From Octopus bimaculoides (taxonomy: Eukaryota): DNA of 37,978 nucleotides. Shown one piece after another: positions 1 to 13,350 of this stretch. The DNA is taken from the NCBI RefSeq assembly GCF_001194135.2, contig NC_068995.1:29622948-29660925 (forward strand), written 5' to 3'. Position 1 is the first letter of the stretch. The number at the start of each line of letters is the position of its first letter. The translations under genes were made by a program, and so were the position numbers. The notes beneath the pieces are model-generated. The model saw only the letters and a program-made list of their open reading frames with translations, did not search any database and was not told the DNA's origin.

Positions 1-100
1 TTGCAAAGCATTTTGTCCGGAGTGCTAAGGCAAGCAGTTTTGAGGGACGGAGAAGTCGATTACATCGATTCCGGTGCTCAACAGGTACTTATTTTAAAGA
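1..100 (-). mobile_element. SINE family A fragments; further degenerate copies near 735-825 (-), 3905-4000, 4885-4950, 6700-6830, 8165-8290, 18690-18800 and 18950-19010 (+)
   Basis: The reverse complement of AAGTACCTGTTGAGCACC..TCGATGTAATCGACTT matches family A. Confidence 0.65.
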
Positions 101-107
101 GGAAGCA

Positions 108-108
<1 letters not shown>

Positions 109-166
<58 letters not shown>

Positions 167-232
167 ACGGCAGAAGAAGAAGAAGAAGAAGAAGAAGAAG
201 AAGAAGAAGAAGAAGAAGAAGAAGAAGAAGAA
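109..232 (+). repeat. Compound microsatellite (AGT)n + (AGA)n
   Basis: Direct inspection. Confidence 0.97.
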
Positions 233-524
233 AACAATCTATTTTTATAATAACAACACATTGGGAATCGTGATTTCTCTGAGGTGGCCACAACGTATTG
301 GATGCAACGTAATTCAGAAATAGAGAGTTGTGATGTTCATACCATTCCTTCTACGTCATGACTTAATAATATCGACAACAATGATGACGATGATGACTAT
401 GATAACAATGATATCGATAATGCTGATGACGTCGATGTGACGATGTAACAGATCTTACGCAATATGAGTTAGTCACGCAATTAAATGGAATAATCACATT
501 TTTTTTTTATTAATGAGTACGATG

Positions 525-710
525 GGCTACTACTACTAGCACTACACCACCACCATTACTACTACCATTATTACTATCACCACCGTCACCACCACCATTA
601 CCCTCACCACCGACACTACTACCACTACTGTTACTATTACTATTGTACCACTAGCACCACCATCACCACCAACACTACACTGCTGCTGTTACTACTACTA
701 CTACAACTAA
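525..710 (+). repeat. (ACC/ACT)n low-complexity tract
   Basis: Direct inspection. Confidence 0.9.
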
Positions 711-1739
711 TATTTGGCAATAGGCCTGCAGTTTTGGGGGGAAGGGAAGTAGCAGATGCCATAGACCTCAGTATTTGACTGGTACTTTATCTTATTGACG
801 TCCGAAGGGATTGATGGCAGAAAAAAAAAAACGATTTTTGATAGTGTTTTCTCCGTTAGCCAAAACAATAAACATAGACGGTAATATAAAATAATATTGA
901 TTTCTATAACACAAATATATCGGTGAGTAGACGCACGCGCAAACGCACACACACACACACACACTCACGTATACACATACACACACATATAGACAGACAT
1001 GTACAAATGTTTATATACACATTCATTCACTCACACATATGTGCACTGACACATACATATACACGTTAAGATAATAAGTTAGAAACAAAAACAATGGAAA
1101 ATAAAAACAATAGCATTGCGGATTAATTGGTTAAGTAATTAAATTCCATTATAAAATTAAAACAAATAGTTTTAAGAAGTATACAAGGAAACGGTGATAA
1201 CATACAAATAACAACACTTACCTGTTGATATGCGTGTTACGTGTTTTAGTAAACGTAACTTATAAATTGTGTGTGTGTTTATACATACATATGTGTGTGT
1301 ATGTATGTATATCCTTTTGATCTTTTTGTATGATACAAAGTCACTTTTTCATGGATTGGCTATAAATTATTAGGGGAAATCCACTTGCTTGATTGGGGGT
1401 GCATTATCTATCAACAAGACGAAATCAATTCCATTGCATCACGATACACGAAAAAGAAAGATACAGGTAGATATGAGTGGTAAAGAATTGCCATGTAGTT
1501 GGGTGGGTGTGCTTACTTCTTTGGACTGTTCTGCATTTTGATGTATAGGTGGGTGCGTGCATCTGTGTGGTTTGTCTGTTCGCGTTTTCCTTTCTGTGCG
1601 TGTTTACTGCGTGACTGTACGCATGTCAGTGTGTACGAGTGTTTTAGTATAAGTGCGCATATATTAATGTGTATATGTTTATGTGTGTACCCCACATGTT
1701 TAAAGGCTTCGAGCGAAGGTATAAGACCGTGTCTTGTTG

Positions 1740-2215
1740 ACACATCTCTATCGATGTCTGTTTATCTCACTCAATCTTTCTCTCTCTTTTTCTGTTTCTT
1801 CTCGCTTCTTTTTTCTTACTCTCTGTCTGTGTCACTGTAACTCTCTCAATCAATCTGTGAATATATTTGTCTTTCTATGTTTTACTGTCTTTTTTTTTTC
1901 CTCCTTCTGTCTTTTTCTCAGTATCTATCACTCAGTCTAAATCTCTCTGTCACTCTCTGAAAGTCTTTCTCTCTGCCAGTCAACATTAGTTTGTCGTTCT
2001 ATCTATTTTTCTAACTATTTATTCATCTTAACACTGTGCATTTGTTACTCAATTTACTGTCTTTCAATATACGTTTATCTCTGCTTCTCTCCTTGTCGTT
2101 CTCATTTCTTTCTTCCTCTGTCTCTCTCTCCCTCCTTCTCGGTCTCTCAGTCAGTTTCTCTCTGATTATCTTTTCTCTTTCTCGCTGTTTTTTTTATCAT
2201 TATTATTTTTCTCTT
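1740..2215 (+). repeat. CT-rich polypyrimidine low-complexity tract
   Basis: Direct inspection. Confidence 0.85.
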
Positions 2216-2793
2216 TGTAATGAATAAGAGTACCAATGTGTTTATGTACGTGTGTGTGTGTGTTCATTTATGTGTATATGTGTGTTTGCGTACGTGTGAA
2301 AGTGAAAATATGAGGTGGAAATGTCGTGTTTCCCTCCTTTATCGTTTTATCGTCTGCTAAAGACTTCTAGCATCGAAGTGTTGACTGGCGACCTCAGACT
2401 GTTTTAGCAACTCGCTTTCAATCAATCAATCAATCAATCGATCGATCGATCAATCAATCAGTTGACTAAATCAAATGGGTGCCTTAGAAATAATTTAATC
2501 AAGCAAACATCAATAACTACAACTTCCATTCAAATATATTTATCAAATGTATTCCAGCTATTTGAACAAGATTTTAAAATATTTTCCTTTCACTTTCTAG
2601 TGTCGATATTTTCTTTCATGGCGTCGTGTGCTTCAAGTTGGCTGGACTGCAGACGAAAAGTAGTCTTTGCTGCGTTAAGCCCTCTGTGTGAAAACTGTAT
2701 TGGCGTGAGGAATGTCAGGAAAAAACATAGACGAATGGAGAAGACGGAGATATAAATAAGAATACAAGGAAAAAATAGGGGAAAGCGAAATGG

Positions 2794-2903
2794 GAGAAAT
2801 AGAAATGGAAATATGCTCAAAATGTAAGAGAAATAGAAATGGAAATATGCTCAAAATGTAAGAGAAATAGAAATGGAAATATGCTCAAAATGTAAGAGAA
2901 ATA
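2794..2903 (+). repeat. Minisatellite, 34-bp unit x3.2
   Basis: GAGAAATAGAAATGGAAATATGCTCAAAATGTAA in perfect tandem. Confidence 0.95.
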
Positions 2904-3019
2904 CTTAAAAAGACGAGGTGGATGTGATGACACTGGAAATTTTTTTTTTAATGTGAAATAAGAAAGGACATAACTTGAGTAAGGTCGGTAGACGAGAAAA
3001 GTGATTAGAAGAGAGAGGG

Positions 3020-3456
3020 GAAGAGAAAGAAAGAAAGAAAGAAAGAAAGAAATTGTGATTGTAACAGAGAAAAATAAAAAAATACAAGAGTTTTAAATGA
3101 AGAAATATCAAGAGAATGGCAGCGAGTGAAGCAGAGGTAAAGAAGTGAAGGGAAGAGTAACCAATAAGAAAGTGTTCTTGGGAGAGCAATATCAGTAGGA
3201 GAGAAAGTGTGTGTGTGTGTGAGAAAGAGAGAAAGAGGGTGAAAGAGAGAGAGAGAGTGAAAGAGAGAGAAAGAGTGAAAGAGAGAGAGAGAATATAGAG
3301 TAAAAGAATGAAGAAAAAAAGAAAGAAAAAAGAATGAAGTTGTTGAAGCGTAAGAATATCCGAGGAAGAAATTTATAAAGTCGGAGAGTGAGAGTGGAGA
3401 AAAGTTGAGAGCAGAAAATGAAGAATAGTTTTCTGAAGGAGAAATGGAGAGAGAGA

Positions 3457-3529
<73 letters not shown>

Positions 3530-3670
3530 TGAGAGAGAGAGAGAAAGTGAGAGAGAGAGAGAAAGAGAGTGAGAGAGAGAAAGAGAGTAAGAGAGAGAAA
3601 GAGAGTGAGACAGACAGACAGGAAGACAGAGACTGAGAGGCACAGAGAGAAAGAGAGTGAAAGAGAGAGT

Positions 3671-3704
<34 letters not shown>

Positions 3705-3760
3705 GACTGAAAGGCAGAAAGAGACAGAGAGATACAGAGAAAGAGAGGTGGGGGTTAGAT
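3020..3760 (+). repeat. GA-rich tract including (GA)n, (GAAA)n and (GACA)n
   Basis: Direct inspection. Confidence 0.95.
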
Positions 3761-5312
3761 AGGTAGGTGCGTAGGTAGGTAAGTTATAGATTAAAGATAG
3801 GAGGAAAACAGAATAGGAAAAGCAAGCTTAGGAAAAAGATTAAAAGGGTTCGGGTATTTGTAGAATCTGTAGAGTAACGGACAAAATGTACAGTGGGAAC
3901 TTCTGATTCAAGAGTTCAAAGTCACTCCATAATTCACATTGCCTTTCATCCTTTAGTGTCAATACAGCATAAGAACCAGTCAAATGCAGAAAACTGGAAG
4001 GATATTTTCTTGGTTGATATGAAGCCTTTAGGACCGGAAAACGAGCGTTGCTCCAAATAAGTAGTTGTAAATCGTACCTTCCTTCATTGAGGAACAGAGA
4101 TCTGGAAGCTGAGTCACTTCTTAAATGACATCCAAACAGGTTCATCTAAATGCGATAAGCATACAAAAGTAAAACCAACTAAAGTTTCCAATACTCAGAT
4201 TCTTATTAACTTTCTTAATGACTACTAGGTTTATGTACTTTTTCAGTCGACGTAGTCGAAGAGTGAGAATGTTGCTTCTAAAATGTTTAGATATTCCGAT
4301 GATTTCTTGAGCTTGGTAACTCTATAAGTTTCGATAGGATTGGATAATGATCTGAGATGATTCATTAGGTTAGGAGAAAAAGGATAGTACAGTTTGTCTT
4401 CGGTTTCAGTCAGTTGGCTGCACAAGCCATTATATTGTGATCTATAAAATCAACTTAAATATGTCCTACAGACGTTGAAAATTTAACACCTCGATTCGGT
4501 TACAGAAATCCAACACTGACAATATTGGGATGCTAGGGAGTAGGGGTAAGCGTCCGATACTAAAAAACATAAATGGTGGGAATGAAAAGAGAAAATTTGA
4601 ATCAATTAGTTGTAGAAAAGAACTAGCGATATAAAACACTGGATGATAGTAGAAAGGCTATAAGAAGTTTGTAGGAAAGATGTGCTAGCTATGAGAATGG
4701 CACTTGACAATTTGCGTTAAAAACAAAATATGTTTTATACATGCGCGTGGGTGGAACCGAGTGACAACAGATCCAAAATACGGTTTCTGACGAAATAAAA
4801 TTTGTTGATTCGTGGCAAAGGATTGACCGAATCGATAGAGAATAAAACAAAATACTTTATGGCATCGAGTTATACCCCTTTAAATATAAGCTCAAATTCA
4901 GCCAAGATTGACTTTGTCCTTTATTCTTCCAAGGTTGATAAAATAAATTCTGATGTCAATATAATCGACGATTCGCTGCTACATAACGTGTGGCCTTGTA
5001 TTAATGTAGAGCTCATTTGGAGGTCAGCGGTGGTTAAAAATCAATGATATTTCAGTTTAATCTTATTTCACTGTTGTAAGCATCTAAAACCATTCTTAAA
5101 AATATAGGAACCATTGTGTAGTGCTTATGAAATCTATATGCTTTTCGTGATGAATATTATTGCAGAAAGTATTATAATCCTAGAGAATACCTATTGCAGA
5201 GTATTACAGAATGCATGTAAAATGCATATGACAACAAAATACACAAAAGTATACAATTCACATCAGTAATTTTGATGTGCGATCTTGCTGCCAAGAAGTT
5301 AAATATGCAAAT

Positions 5313-5516
5313 TGGTCTATCCAGTTAGCATTGCTTTCCACTTGGTTCATTATCTTCTGAGTTCAAATTCCGCCGAAGTTGACTTTGCCTTTCATCCTTT
5401 CGTGGGTTATAAAATACCAGATGATCGATAAAATAAGTACCAGTTGAGCACTGGGGTCGATGTAAACGACTTTCCCCTTCTTTCAAAAATGCTGCCTATG
5501 TGCCAAAATTAGAAAC
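5313..5516 (+). mobile_element. SINE family A copy
   Basis: GAGTTCAAATTCCGCCGA..GACTTTGCCTTTCATCCTTT..AAGTACCAGTTGAGCACTGGGGTCGATGTAA, repeated several times in the window. Confidence 0.8.
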
Positions 5517-5720
5517 AGGCGTTTTATAAGCAACGCGTTCGTGGATAGCTAGATGTAACATGCTTCAACCCGTTCAATCTTGCTGAATCAATCTTGATTC
5601 CAACAAGAATAGAAACGTACGTACAACTGTTCCTTCTTTTCATTTCCACTAAGATAGGGTGTAGACATAACGTTTACATTCGTCGTAACAGTATTTGTTA
5701 TAGAAACTATATATATACAT

Positions 5721-5843
5721 GCAGGCGTAGCTGTGTAGTAAGAAGCTTTCTTCCGAACCACATGGTTCCAGGTTCAATCCCACGGCGTAACACCTTGGAC
5801 AAGTATGTTCTATCATATCCCGAGATTTGGTAGATGGAAACTG
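5721..5843 (+). mobile_element. tRNA-derived SINE (second family); fragments also at 27679-27717 (-) and 25707-25745 (+)
   Basis: GCAGGCGTAGCTGTGTAGTAAG..GGTTCAATCCC..CACCTTGGACAAGT..GGAAACTGA, with A/B-box-like motifs and matching fragments elsewhere in the window. Confidence 0.7.
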
Positions 5844-6287
5844 ACCAAGTGTCTATCCAGTAGATATCTTAGGTTCGCAGAAAGATTAGCTGTACCCTCC
5901 GACAAGACGAATATTGAATAAAATGAATTGCTTTGGACCTTGATGCAACTCGCACAGAGAGAGAGATCAACGAGGGAGCCTCGAGGAGAATGATCGTCCA
6001 GCAAGAAATAGCAGCTAAATGTCAATGAAACCACAACTTATTGTCTTACAAATAGAGGATACATTGGATAAGGTACTTGTACATTCACTACATCTGAAAA
6101 AGAAAATAGACGAGGTACTTATGATTGGAATGGCTTTGATCACGTCTACTTAACTAGAGCTGACATGTAACTAAACAATCGCGTTTACACTCTAATCAAG
6201 AATAAGCTATCATCTTATTTGTAAAACTTGCTCTTGTCTCAAAGGAAACTGTTTTCACAACAATGAAAAGATGGAACTGTCATCTCA

Positions 6288-6366
6288 GTCTCAAAGTGAA
6301 CCGTTTTGTCTCAAAGTGAACCGTTTTGTCTCAAAGTGAACCGTTTTGTCTCAAAGTGAACCGTTT
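6288..6366 (+). repeat. Minisatellite, 20-bp unit x4
   Basis: GTCTCAAAGTGAACCGTTTT in tandem, with diverged single units at 6236-6255 and 6408-6426. Confidence 0.95.
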
Positions 6367-7417
6367 AGTTAATATATGGAGCCGTCACCTCAGGAATGAC
6401 ACTTCTTGTCTTAAAGGAGATTGTTTAAAAAGCTACAAAAAGACAGAGGCGATGACATTTCTCAAAAAAATACAGGCATAATTGTGTATAAAAAAGAAAC
6501 AATAAGTTAAAGATTAAATGTTGCCTGTATTATTGATGAGACAGTAATTAATTGTATTCATCTATTGTATTCAGACGAGCAAGACCGGGTGTTGTGACAT
6601 TCATGCCTCTTCTATGACTTTTCTGTTTTTTTTTTTTTTTAACGTTAGAACTAGAGTTAAATTGTTGTTACAACGGTTGTTATAACTATTGACAGAGTAT
6701 AGTGGTGAGATGGACAAAATGCCCAAAAGTATTTTATTTACGGTCCTTTATTTTTTGTGGTCAAATCCCACCAGGAGCAACTTCGTTTTACGTTCTACTG
6801 CGGATAATAAATATCAGTAATAAAGGGAAACCAACATAATCGGCAGTTCTGGTTATCCAAATTTGTAACTTTGTTCCTATGATGAAAAAGAAAATTATAA
6901 CTAATGTAAATAGAGGGATGGAAGAGTGTTTGTGTCAATAGCATATCAAGCACATTGTTCTTTAGTATTTTGCTTAGATTACTCTACGCTTCAAGTTCAA
7001 ATTCCACCGTAGAAGTATTTGTCTCCATCTTCTCTTTCATGGCTAGTTATATTTTGGGACTTTGTAACTAAAAGTAAGGACGATGGATGACAAAACTGAC
7101 AGAAGTGAACAAAAGACGGGAAGTGACAAAGTTGATAGAGAGCTGAGCAAAGTAGGCTTTTATCAAAAAATTTGTTCTGAGTTTCAATCTCTCGGGTGTC
7201 AGTAAAATCTCCGGGGTCAGTAAAATAATTATTTATTAAATAATCAGCATAGTTTTCACATAAATTTGTGTCTGTGACACATAGTTTCATGCTGTTGTTA
7301 CTTTTTATAAGTAACAACATAGTGGTTGCTCTTCTAGCTCTATTGCTTTTATTGTGGTTACTGAGATTTGCTGTTGGTTTTGTTACTGTAATTTCATATT
7401 ATAAATACGGTGACCGT

Positions 7418-7794
7418 GGAAGAGCAATGGCCCAGTGGTTAGGGCAGCGGACTCGCGGTCGTAGGACCGCGGTTTCGATTCGCAGATCAGACGTTGTGAG
7501 TGTTTATTTAGCGAAAACACCTAAATCTCCACGAGGCTCCATCAGGTCGGGTGGCGAACCTTGCTGTACTCTTTCACCACAACTTTCTCTCACGCTTTCT
7601 TCCTGTTTCTGCTGTACCTGTATTTCAAAGGGCTGGACTTGTCACACTCTGTGTCACGCTGAATCTTCCCGAGAACTACGTTTAGGGTATACGTGTCTGT
7701 GGAGTGCTCAGCCATTTACACGTTAATTTCACGAGCAGGCTGTTCCGTTGATCGGATCAACTGGAACCCTTGTCGTCATAACCAACGGAGTGCC
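7418..7794 (+). mobile_element. tRNA-derived SINE, apparently full length
   Basis: A box TGGCCCAGTGG (7428-7438) and B-box-like GGTTTCGATTC (7471-7481). The 3' part is shared with 12068-12354 and includes the stem-loop GTTGATCGGATCAAC. Confidence 0.8.
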
Positions 7795-7829
7795 ACGAAT
7801 GCGGTGACTAATTACATATTGCCGTTCCT

Positions 7830-8560
7830 GTTATTGTTATTGTTGTCATTGTTAATGTGGTGGCTGTGATTAAGTGCTGCTATTGTTGATGAGGATGCCA
7901 CAATTAATAACAATAATGACATTCATCTTTTTATAGTTGCTGCTATTTGTGCTGCTGCTGCTGCTGCTGCAATAGCTATTCTTATGTTTACTTCTATTGT
8001 TGTTTCCATACTACTGCTGCAGTTACTGTTGCTGCTGCTGCTGCTGCTATTGCTGTTGTCGTCATTGCTCCCTCTATTGCTGTTACTGCTATTACAGTTG
8101 TTACTGTTTTTTCTCTCTACCGCTACTCTTGTTGCTGGTATTGATGTCATTCTGCCGTATTATTAAAGCCGCAGCAGTGGTAGAGAGCAGGATTAAAACT
8201 TTCATATTTTTACTTTTACCGCTCTTCATTTTGAGTTCAAACTCCAGCGATGTCGACTTCGCCTTTTATCACCCTAGATCGATTTAATCGACAACATTCT
8301 GTCCTACAATACTAGAAATCTTTATTTTGTAACTCTTACAATTACTAACATCGCACTTGTTATTGAATTACCGTTGTTGTTGCTAATGCTATAGTTCTCA
8401 TTGCTTCTCGTTGCTGTTGTTAATATTAAAGTTGTTATTGTATTGTTGCTGTAATTGCTAATGTTGTAGTTATTTTACTGTTGCTACTGCTATTGTTATC
8501 TTTTATTGTTGCTGTTATTGATCTGGAATCTTTATTGTTTCATTATTGCTATTGTCATGT
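7830..8560 (+). repeat. (GTT/GCT/ATT)n cryptic triplet low-complexity region
   Basis: Direct inspection. It explains the poly-L/C/A ORFs. Confidence 0.85.
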
Positions 8561-8756
8561 GATTTAATCCCTAGTCAACATCGATCGGGCGAAGGCATCA
8601 ACTTTTATACATAGTGTGTATCTAAGACTACAATACTTAATGTCTGCCTTTTTTTAAAACACAGACGAACATGATTTCAAGATTTGGTTGATATCTCTGT
8701 GTCAACCACATAAAGACTCGCTCGTTCAATACTGATATTAATATTAGTTAATATTT

Positions 8757-8912
8757 GGCGGTATTTCATCCGTCTTTACGTTCTGAGTTCAAACTCAGCC
8801 GAGGTCGACTTTTGGGGTTGATAAAATAAGTGCCAGTTGAGCACTGGGGTCGATGTAATCGACTTAGTCCCACCCCCGAAATTGCTATCCTTGTACCAAA
8901 ATTTGAAACCAA
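8757..8912 (+). mobile_element. SINE family A copy
   Basis: Same motifs as 5313-5516 and 20011-20202. Confidence 0.8.
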
Positions 8913-11544
8913 TATTACTAAATGTTTTTATCGATGCTGTTGATGCTATAGTTGTCATTGTTGCTGTTGTTTAATCTCTGATTGGTCCTGATCGAACATA
9001 CATACCTATGATCAAAACCGTTCCAGCAGTGATCATTAGCTCGTTATTTAACCTGAGGACTACATTATTCTAAATGCTCTTCTTTTTGTAGGATGGTGGT
9101 GTGTGATTTGATGGAGATTTGGCTTCAAAATTTAACACTAATCAAGGATCTTTATTGTTTCTGTTATTGTTCTTGCACCATTATTGTAAGTATTACTTAT
9201 ATTAGTGTCGCCGTTATTGTTTCAGCTACTGTGAATGTCATTAGTAAATCCTCCTTCTTTAATGTTTGATGTCAGCTTGTGTTCTAATTACTTTCACAAC
9301 AACTTTATGACTTGTTCCAATGTCATAAACTGTCCGCTCATTACATCATTGATGTATTGCAGCCTCCTCACTCATTGATCAGTTACCATGCTCATTATTA
9401 TCTGTCAGGAGTAAATGATGGACGTAAATCTGAGAAATTTCTCCAAGAATTTATTCTTGCTTTATTCCCAGCATTACTACTAGTCATATTTGAAATATTA
9501 ATTGAACGCTTTGGTGGGCGGTCGACCTACATGAAACAGCAGTCAATTACACACTATAGTTAAAAAAGAAATTTAGTCCTATGTCTGAAAAAAAAAACAT
9601 CAGGATGGTCAGAGTTTAATAATAAGCGTTTGATAATAAGCTAGAAGATTAAGATGGATCTGGGGTGAAACAGCAACAAGTCAGTTTCTTCCAAGTTAAT
9701 ACTAGCGCCAGATGACATAAAAGACCTAAACTAATATGTAAACTTAACAAAATAATGCACTGAGCCAGTATAGATAAATATAGAAATGAATGCAAGGTAT
9801 TCTCCTTAGTACAGGTGTAGAATTGCCAATCCCGTCTCCTAAGCGACTACAATTGCCAACCCTATCTCTTCAATGACAACACATACTCCACTAAACAGCA
9901 ATATCCATCAATAGGAAAACTTAACTAACTTATTGCTACCAGATGTACGCACTGTTAATGAACTTCAAGCCCCTAGTAGCTGGACAACCTGGACCAACCT
10001 AGGCCTAGCAGTTCCACACACAAGTGTAGAGTATTTCATTCATGCCTCCCACGTATGTGGTCGCTTCACCTCCTAAAATTAACAACCAAACCACCACATC
10101 ACACTGCGCAAACAGAAAAATTTGGGGCAAAGACACAAATTTTCGATACACTATCTCTAAAACAAAAAAGACAACGTGATCACGACTAAAATGTTTTGGT
10201 CATAGATCTGATCGATGAACGCTGACCTAGAGAGTTCATCATTATCTACAATAAAGCCAGATAATTAACTCCAACATACTGTAAACAAATAATTTTGTAT
10301 TTTGTACAATAGTTTAGGAAATGAAATTATTTCAGTATCCATGTATCTTTGAGTACCTAAATCAGTAATTGCACAGGTAAACATTATATTGTCTTTTACT
10401 TTTTTATTTACTGAGCTGGAAGGTGAAGGTTTACCTAAGTCTGTCTTGAAATGTAACCACATCTGAATAGACAAAATACCACATTTTTATAACTTTTACA
10501 ATGCTATGCTGTGAGTAAGGAACTCACCCACCTTTGTTCTCCTTATGTGATTGCCGAGTTAACGACTCAGTGATGGAACCTACACGTGCTTTCTCGATCT
10601 TCTAGAAAAAGAAGCCGAATCTTCCTACAACCACACTCTAGGGTCTTTAAAAAAAGACACATTGGATAATGTAGTCCCGGATACACCACTCCTAACAAAA
10701 AATCGACAAGGTAGTCATGGTTTGAATGTCTTCCATCATAGGTCTACTCGATTAGGGTCGGCACGGGATTATACAATCTACCAAGCTGGTAATTCAGCAA
10801 GTAAGAAACAAGAAGGACGAGTGAAACTTGCTGGCTAAGTTTTGATTAAATAAAAGGAATGTAGTGAATGATAAAAGACGTTGAAATATGTTTATGTATC
10901 GTGGAGCGTTATACCAAACAGTTTCTTCTAACATAATATTCTTTGGTACAGTTTTGCTTGTAGCAAGTGGGGTGATTTGCTATTCTACAATGCAACACTC
11001 ATATTGTGAAGTGGCGAACTATTACATGTTTATACGATGTTGCAATGTGATGGTTGATGATAGTGTACTATACTATATGCTATTTTATAATACAATATGT
11101 TAGATATAAGTGGACATGCTGCCATATGTTATTCACTAGCGCAATTTAGTTAGAGAGATATAATGAATAGTTAATCTATGACACAATACAACCTGTATCG
11201 AAAGTGGTGTGAAATAATGATGGACGTAAGATATTTCTAATAGGTCAAGCCAAAGTGTAAAGATCTACCGTTGGCTCAGTGGCTAAGCGGCAAACCAAGT
11301 AGGACAGGGATTGGTGGGGGATGCCAATGTTTTGTTCCGAGCACAGATCTGTGTAGGTTTTGGAATATGGTATTTTATGTATGGAAGCTAGAAAATGGTG
11401 CTATAGCCTATGTTGTTTTTATAATATGAAATGATGACGAATTAATGCCAAGCTTTGTGTGAAATGCTTTGATGTAATAACGCCAACTCATGAAATCAGT
11501 CTTTAGTTCTACATTACAATTACTATCCACAGCGGTGAAAGGTA

Positions 11545-11760
11545 CCACTTGCAGCGCCTCACGAGGAGCTTCGGCGTGTCATCCAGCTTGCAAGAAATAG
11601 ATTACAAATCTCCTTCAAACATTATCTCTTACCATATAAGGAACATATTGGATAATTCTACAAACCCACTAAAAGACGGTTTGGTCATAGTTAGAACATT
11701 TCTTTTTATTATAGGTCCGTTTACTTAGGGCCGATCTAGGGTAAAAACAGCAACAGCATT
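11545..11760 (+). repeat. Old dispersed repeat with a (CAA)n-like tail; copies at ~5975-6180, ~10590-10780, ~11790-11915, ~16150-16335 (+) and ~8555-8730, ~8965-9125 (-)
   Basis: Recurring motifs CAAGAAATAG..AAAT, ACATTGGATAA, GGTCATGG.T.GAATG.CTTTGATCATAGGTC and TAAACAAC in multiple diverged copies. Confidence 0.6.
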
Positions 11761-12067
11761 TTATATCTACACAGAAGACAGCATGATAGACTTCAACCTA
11801 CTTTTCTTTAAGAAAAGCCATACACTATTCCAGAAAATTGTAATACATGGTCATGGTTTAAATGCCTTTGATAAAATACCTGCTGATCAAGACTCTTGAG
11901 ATTAATAACAACAACTTACAGTTAAGTGGACGCGGCCATCCAGAGTTAAATTCTTGGCCATAGACACAATGTAGTGGTATTGATACAATGTGGACTATCT
12001 ACCTTTCAAATTGCCAGATTATCTACCTCTCTGATGTTGGTTACAACCATTCTTTAATTACTTTGTG

Positions 12068-12354
12068 AAGGAGCGTGGCTTAGTGGTTAGATTATTCGTG
12101 AGTTCAATACCCCGCGGTGCGCTGTGTCCTTGACAAAGACACTTTATTTCATGGTGTTCCAGTCCATTCAGCTGACAAAACTGAGTAGAACCTGTATTTA
12201 AAAGGGCCAGCCTTATCCCAGTGAACTTCCCTGAGAACTACGTTAAGGTACAGGTGTCTGTGGAGTACTCAATCATTTGAACGTTAGTTTCACAAGCAGG
12301 CTGTTCCGTTGATCGGATCAACAGGAATCCTCGTATTCGTAACCGACGGAATGC
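12068..12354 (+). mobile_element. tRNA-derived SINE with a different head/middle but the same 3' module as 7418-7794
   Basis: A box TGGCTTAGTGG, then GAGTTCAATAC and a CORE-like GTGTCCTTGACAAAGACACTT. Shared 3' tail. Confidence 0.75.
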
Positions 12355-13350
12355 AAGTTAATTATTTTCAATTATTATTTAAGTTTTTCAACCTAAACCT
12401 GAGACTAAATCATACCATAGTAAAGTGAATAAAATGTTACATACCATAATAACTGGTGCAGGATTGTATCTGAACAAAGCAAAGGACAATCGCTGTTTTA
12501 GCTAACTGGTTACTTAGAAAGTAACAGAAAAAAAAGTTGATATGGCTAAAATCGAATCTATCTTCCAATAGGAAAATAAACCATTGATCTCTGCTCATCC
12601 TCCCAGTTCTTAAGACCTTCTTTATAGAGTTCTCCTCAAAGACAGAGTGCTGTACCTATGATACGGTAATTTGGGATTAACATATGCAAGGGTCTAACTC
12701 CTTTCACTCATTATACCACTACAACTCAACGTAAGCAGAATAAGATCAGACTGCCAATACATCACCACATCGGAAATACACTGAAGTTAAATGTCAACCA
12801 ATAATCTATTCACAATTCGATGGCGTTATACACAGCTTGATATCCTGTGTCTGTTTGCCAACATTCAAGTCTTGACAGGAAAATATATGAAAAATAACAA
12901 CAACAGATAATAATGAAAATACTAGTGAATTCCTTATTTGCAACTGGAATCATAAATTAGACAATAACTTTTTTAAAGAAGTAAAGGTAGAAATGAGTGC
13001 TATAAATAAATCTCTAAATATATATGCATGAAGCTAAGTTTATACAGAAATCACAAAATGTGATGTTTATATTTCTTCGGTGTATTAGTGTGGCAACTAA
13101 ATAAAATAACTTCAAATCAAAAGCAAGCTGTGAACTCGGCTAGCAAACATTTCTTGTTTAGTGTTTGTGTTGTTTTCATTAACCAGAATAACAAATAATC
13201 TTTAAGTTAAAGACAAAGGTATATAAACGACGATTATTAAATTGAAATGATAGACTATAGATATGCACTAATGTACGTTGCTTATTCGTAAATAGTAACC
13301 ATAAGATAAATGTTTAAAAATAGAAACGTCTTCCTAAAGAGAGTCTAAAC

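Noticed and set aside
1-3766. ORF-track proteins with poly-S/R/L/T, ER or SL runs (and the X-filled ORFs over gaps)
   Set aside because: They are translations of microsatellites or N runs.
4243-4425. Candidate exons or short ORFs at 3840-4425, 15470-15588 and 16669-16801
   Set aside because: No recognisable domain or consistent splice chain, and they partly overlap SINE fragments.
6288-6366. CRISPR-like array (also 2794-2903)
   Set aside because: Head-to-tail repeats with no spacers, in a eukaryotic context with no cas genes.
7418-7490. Functional tRNA gene
   Set aside because: A/B boxes continue into a repeat body shared with another copy, and no convincing acceptor stem is present. It is a SINE head.
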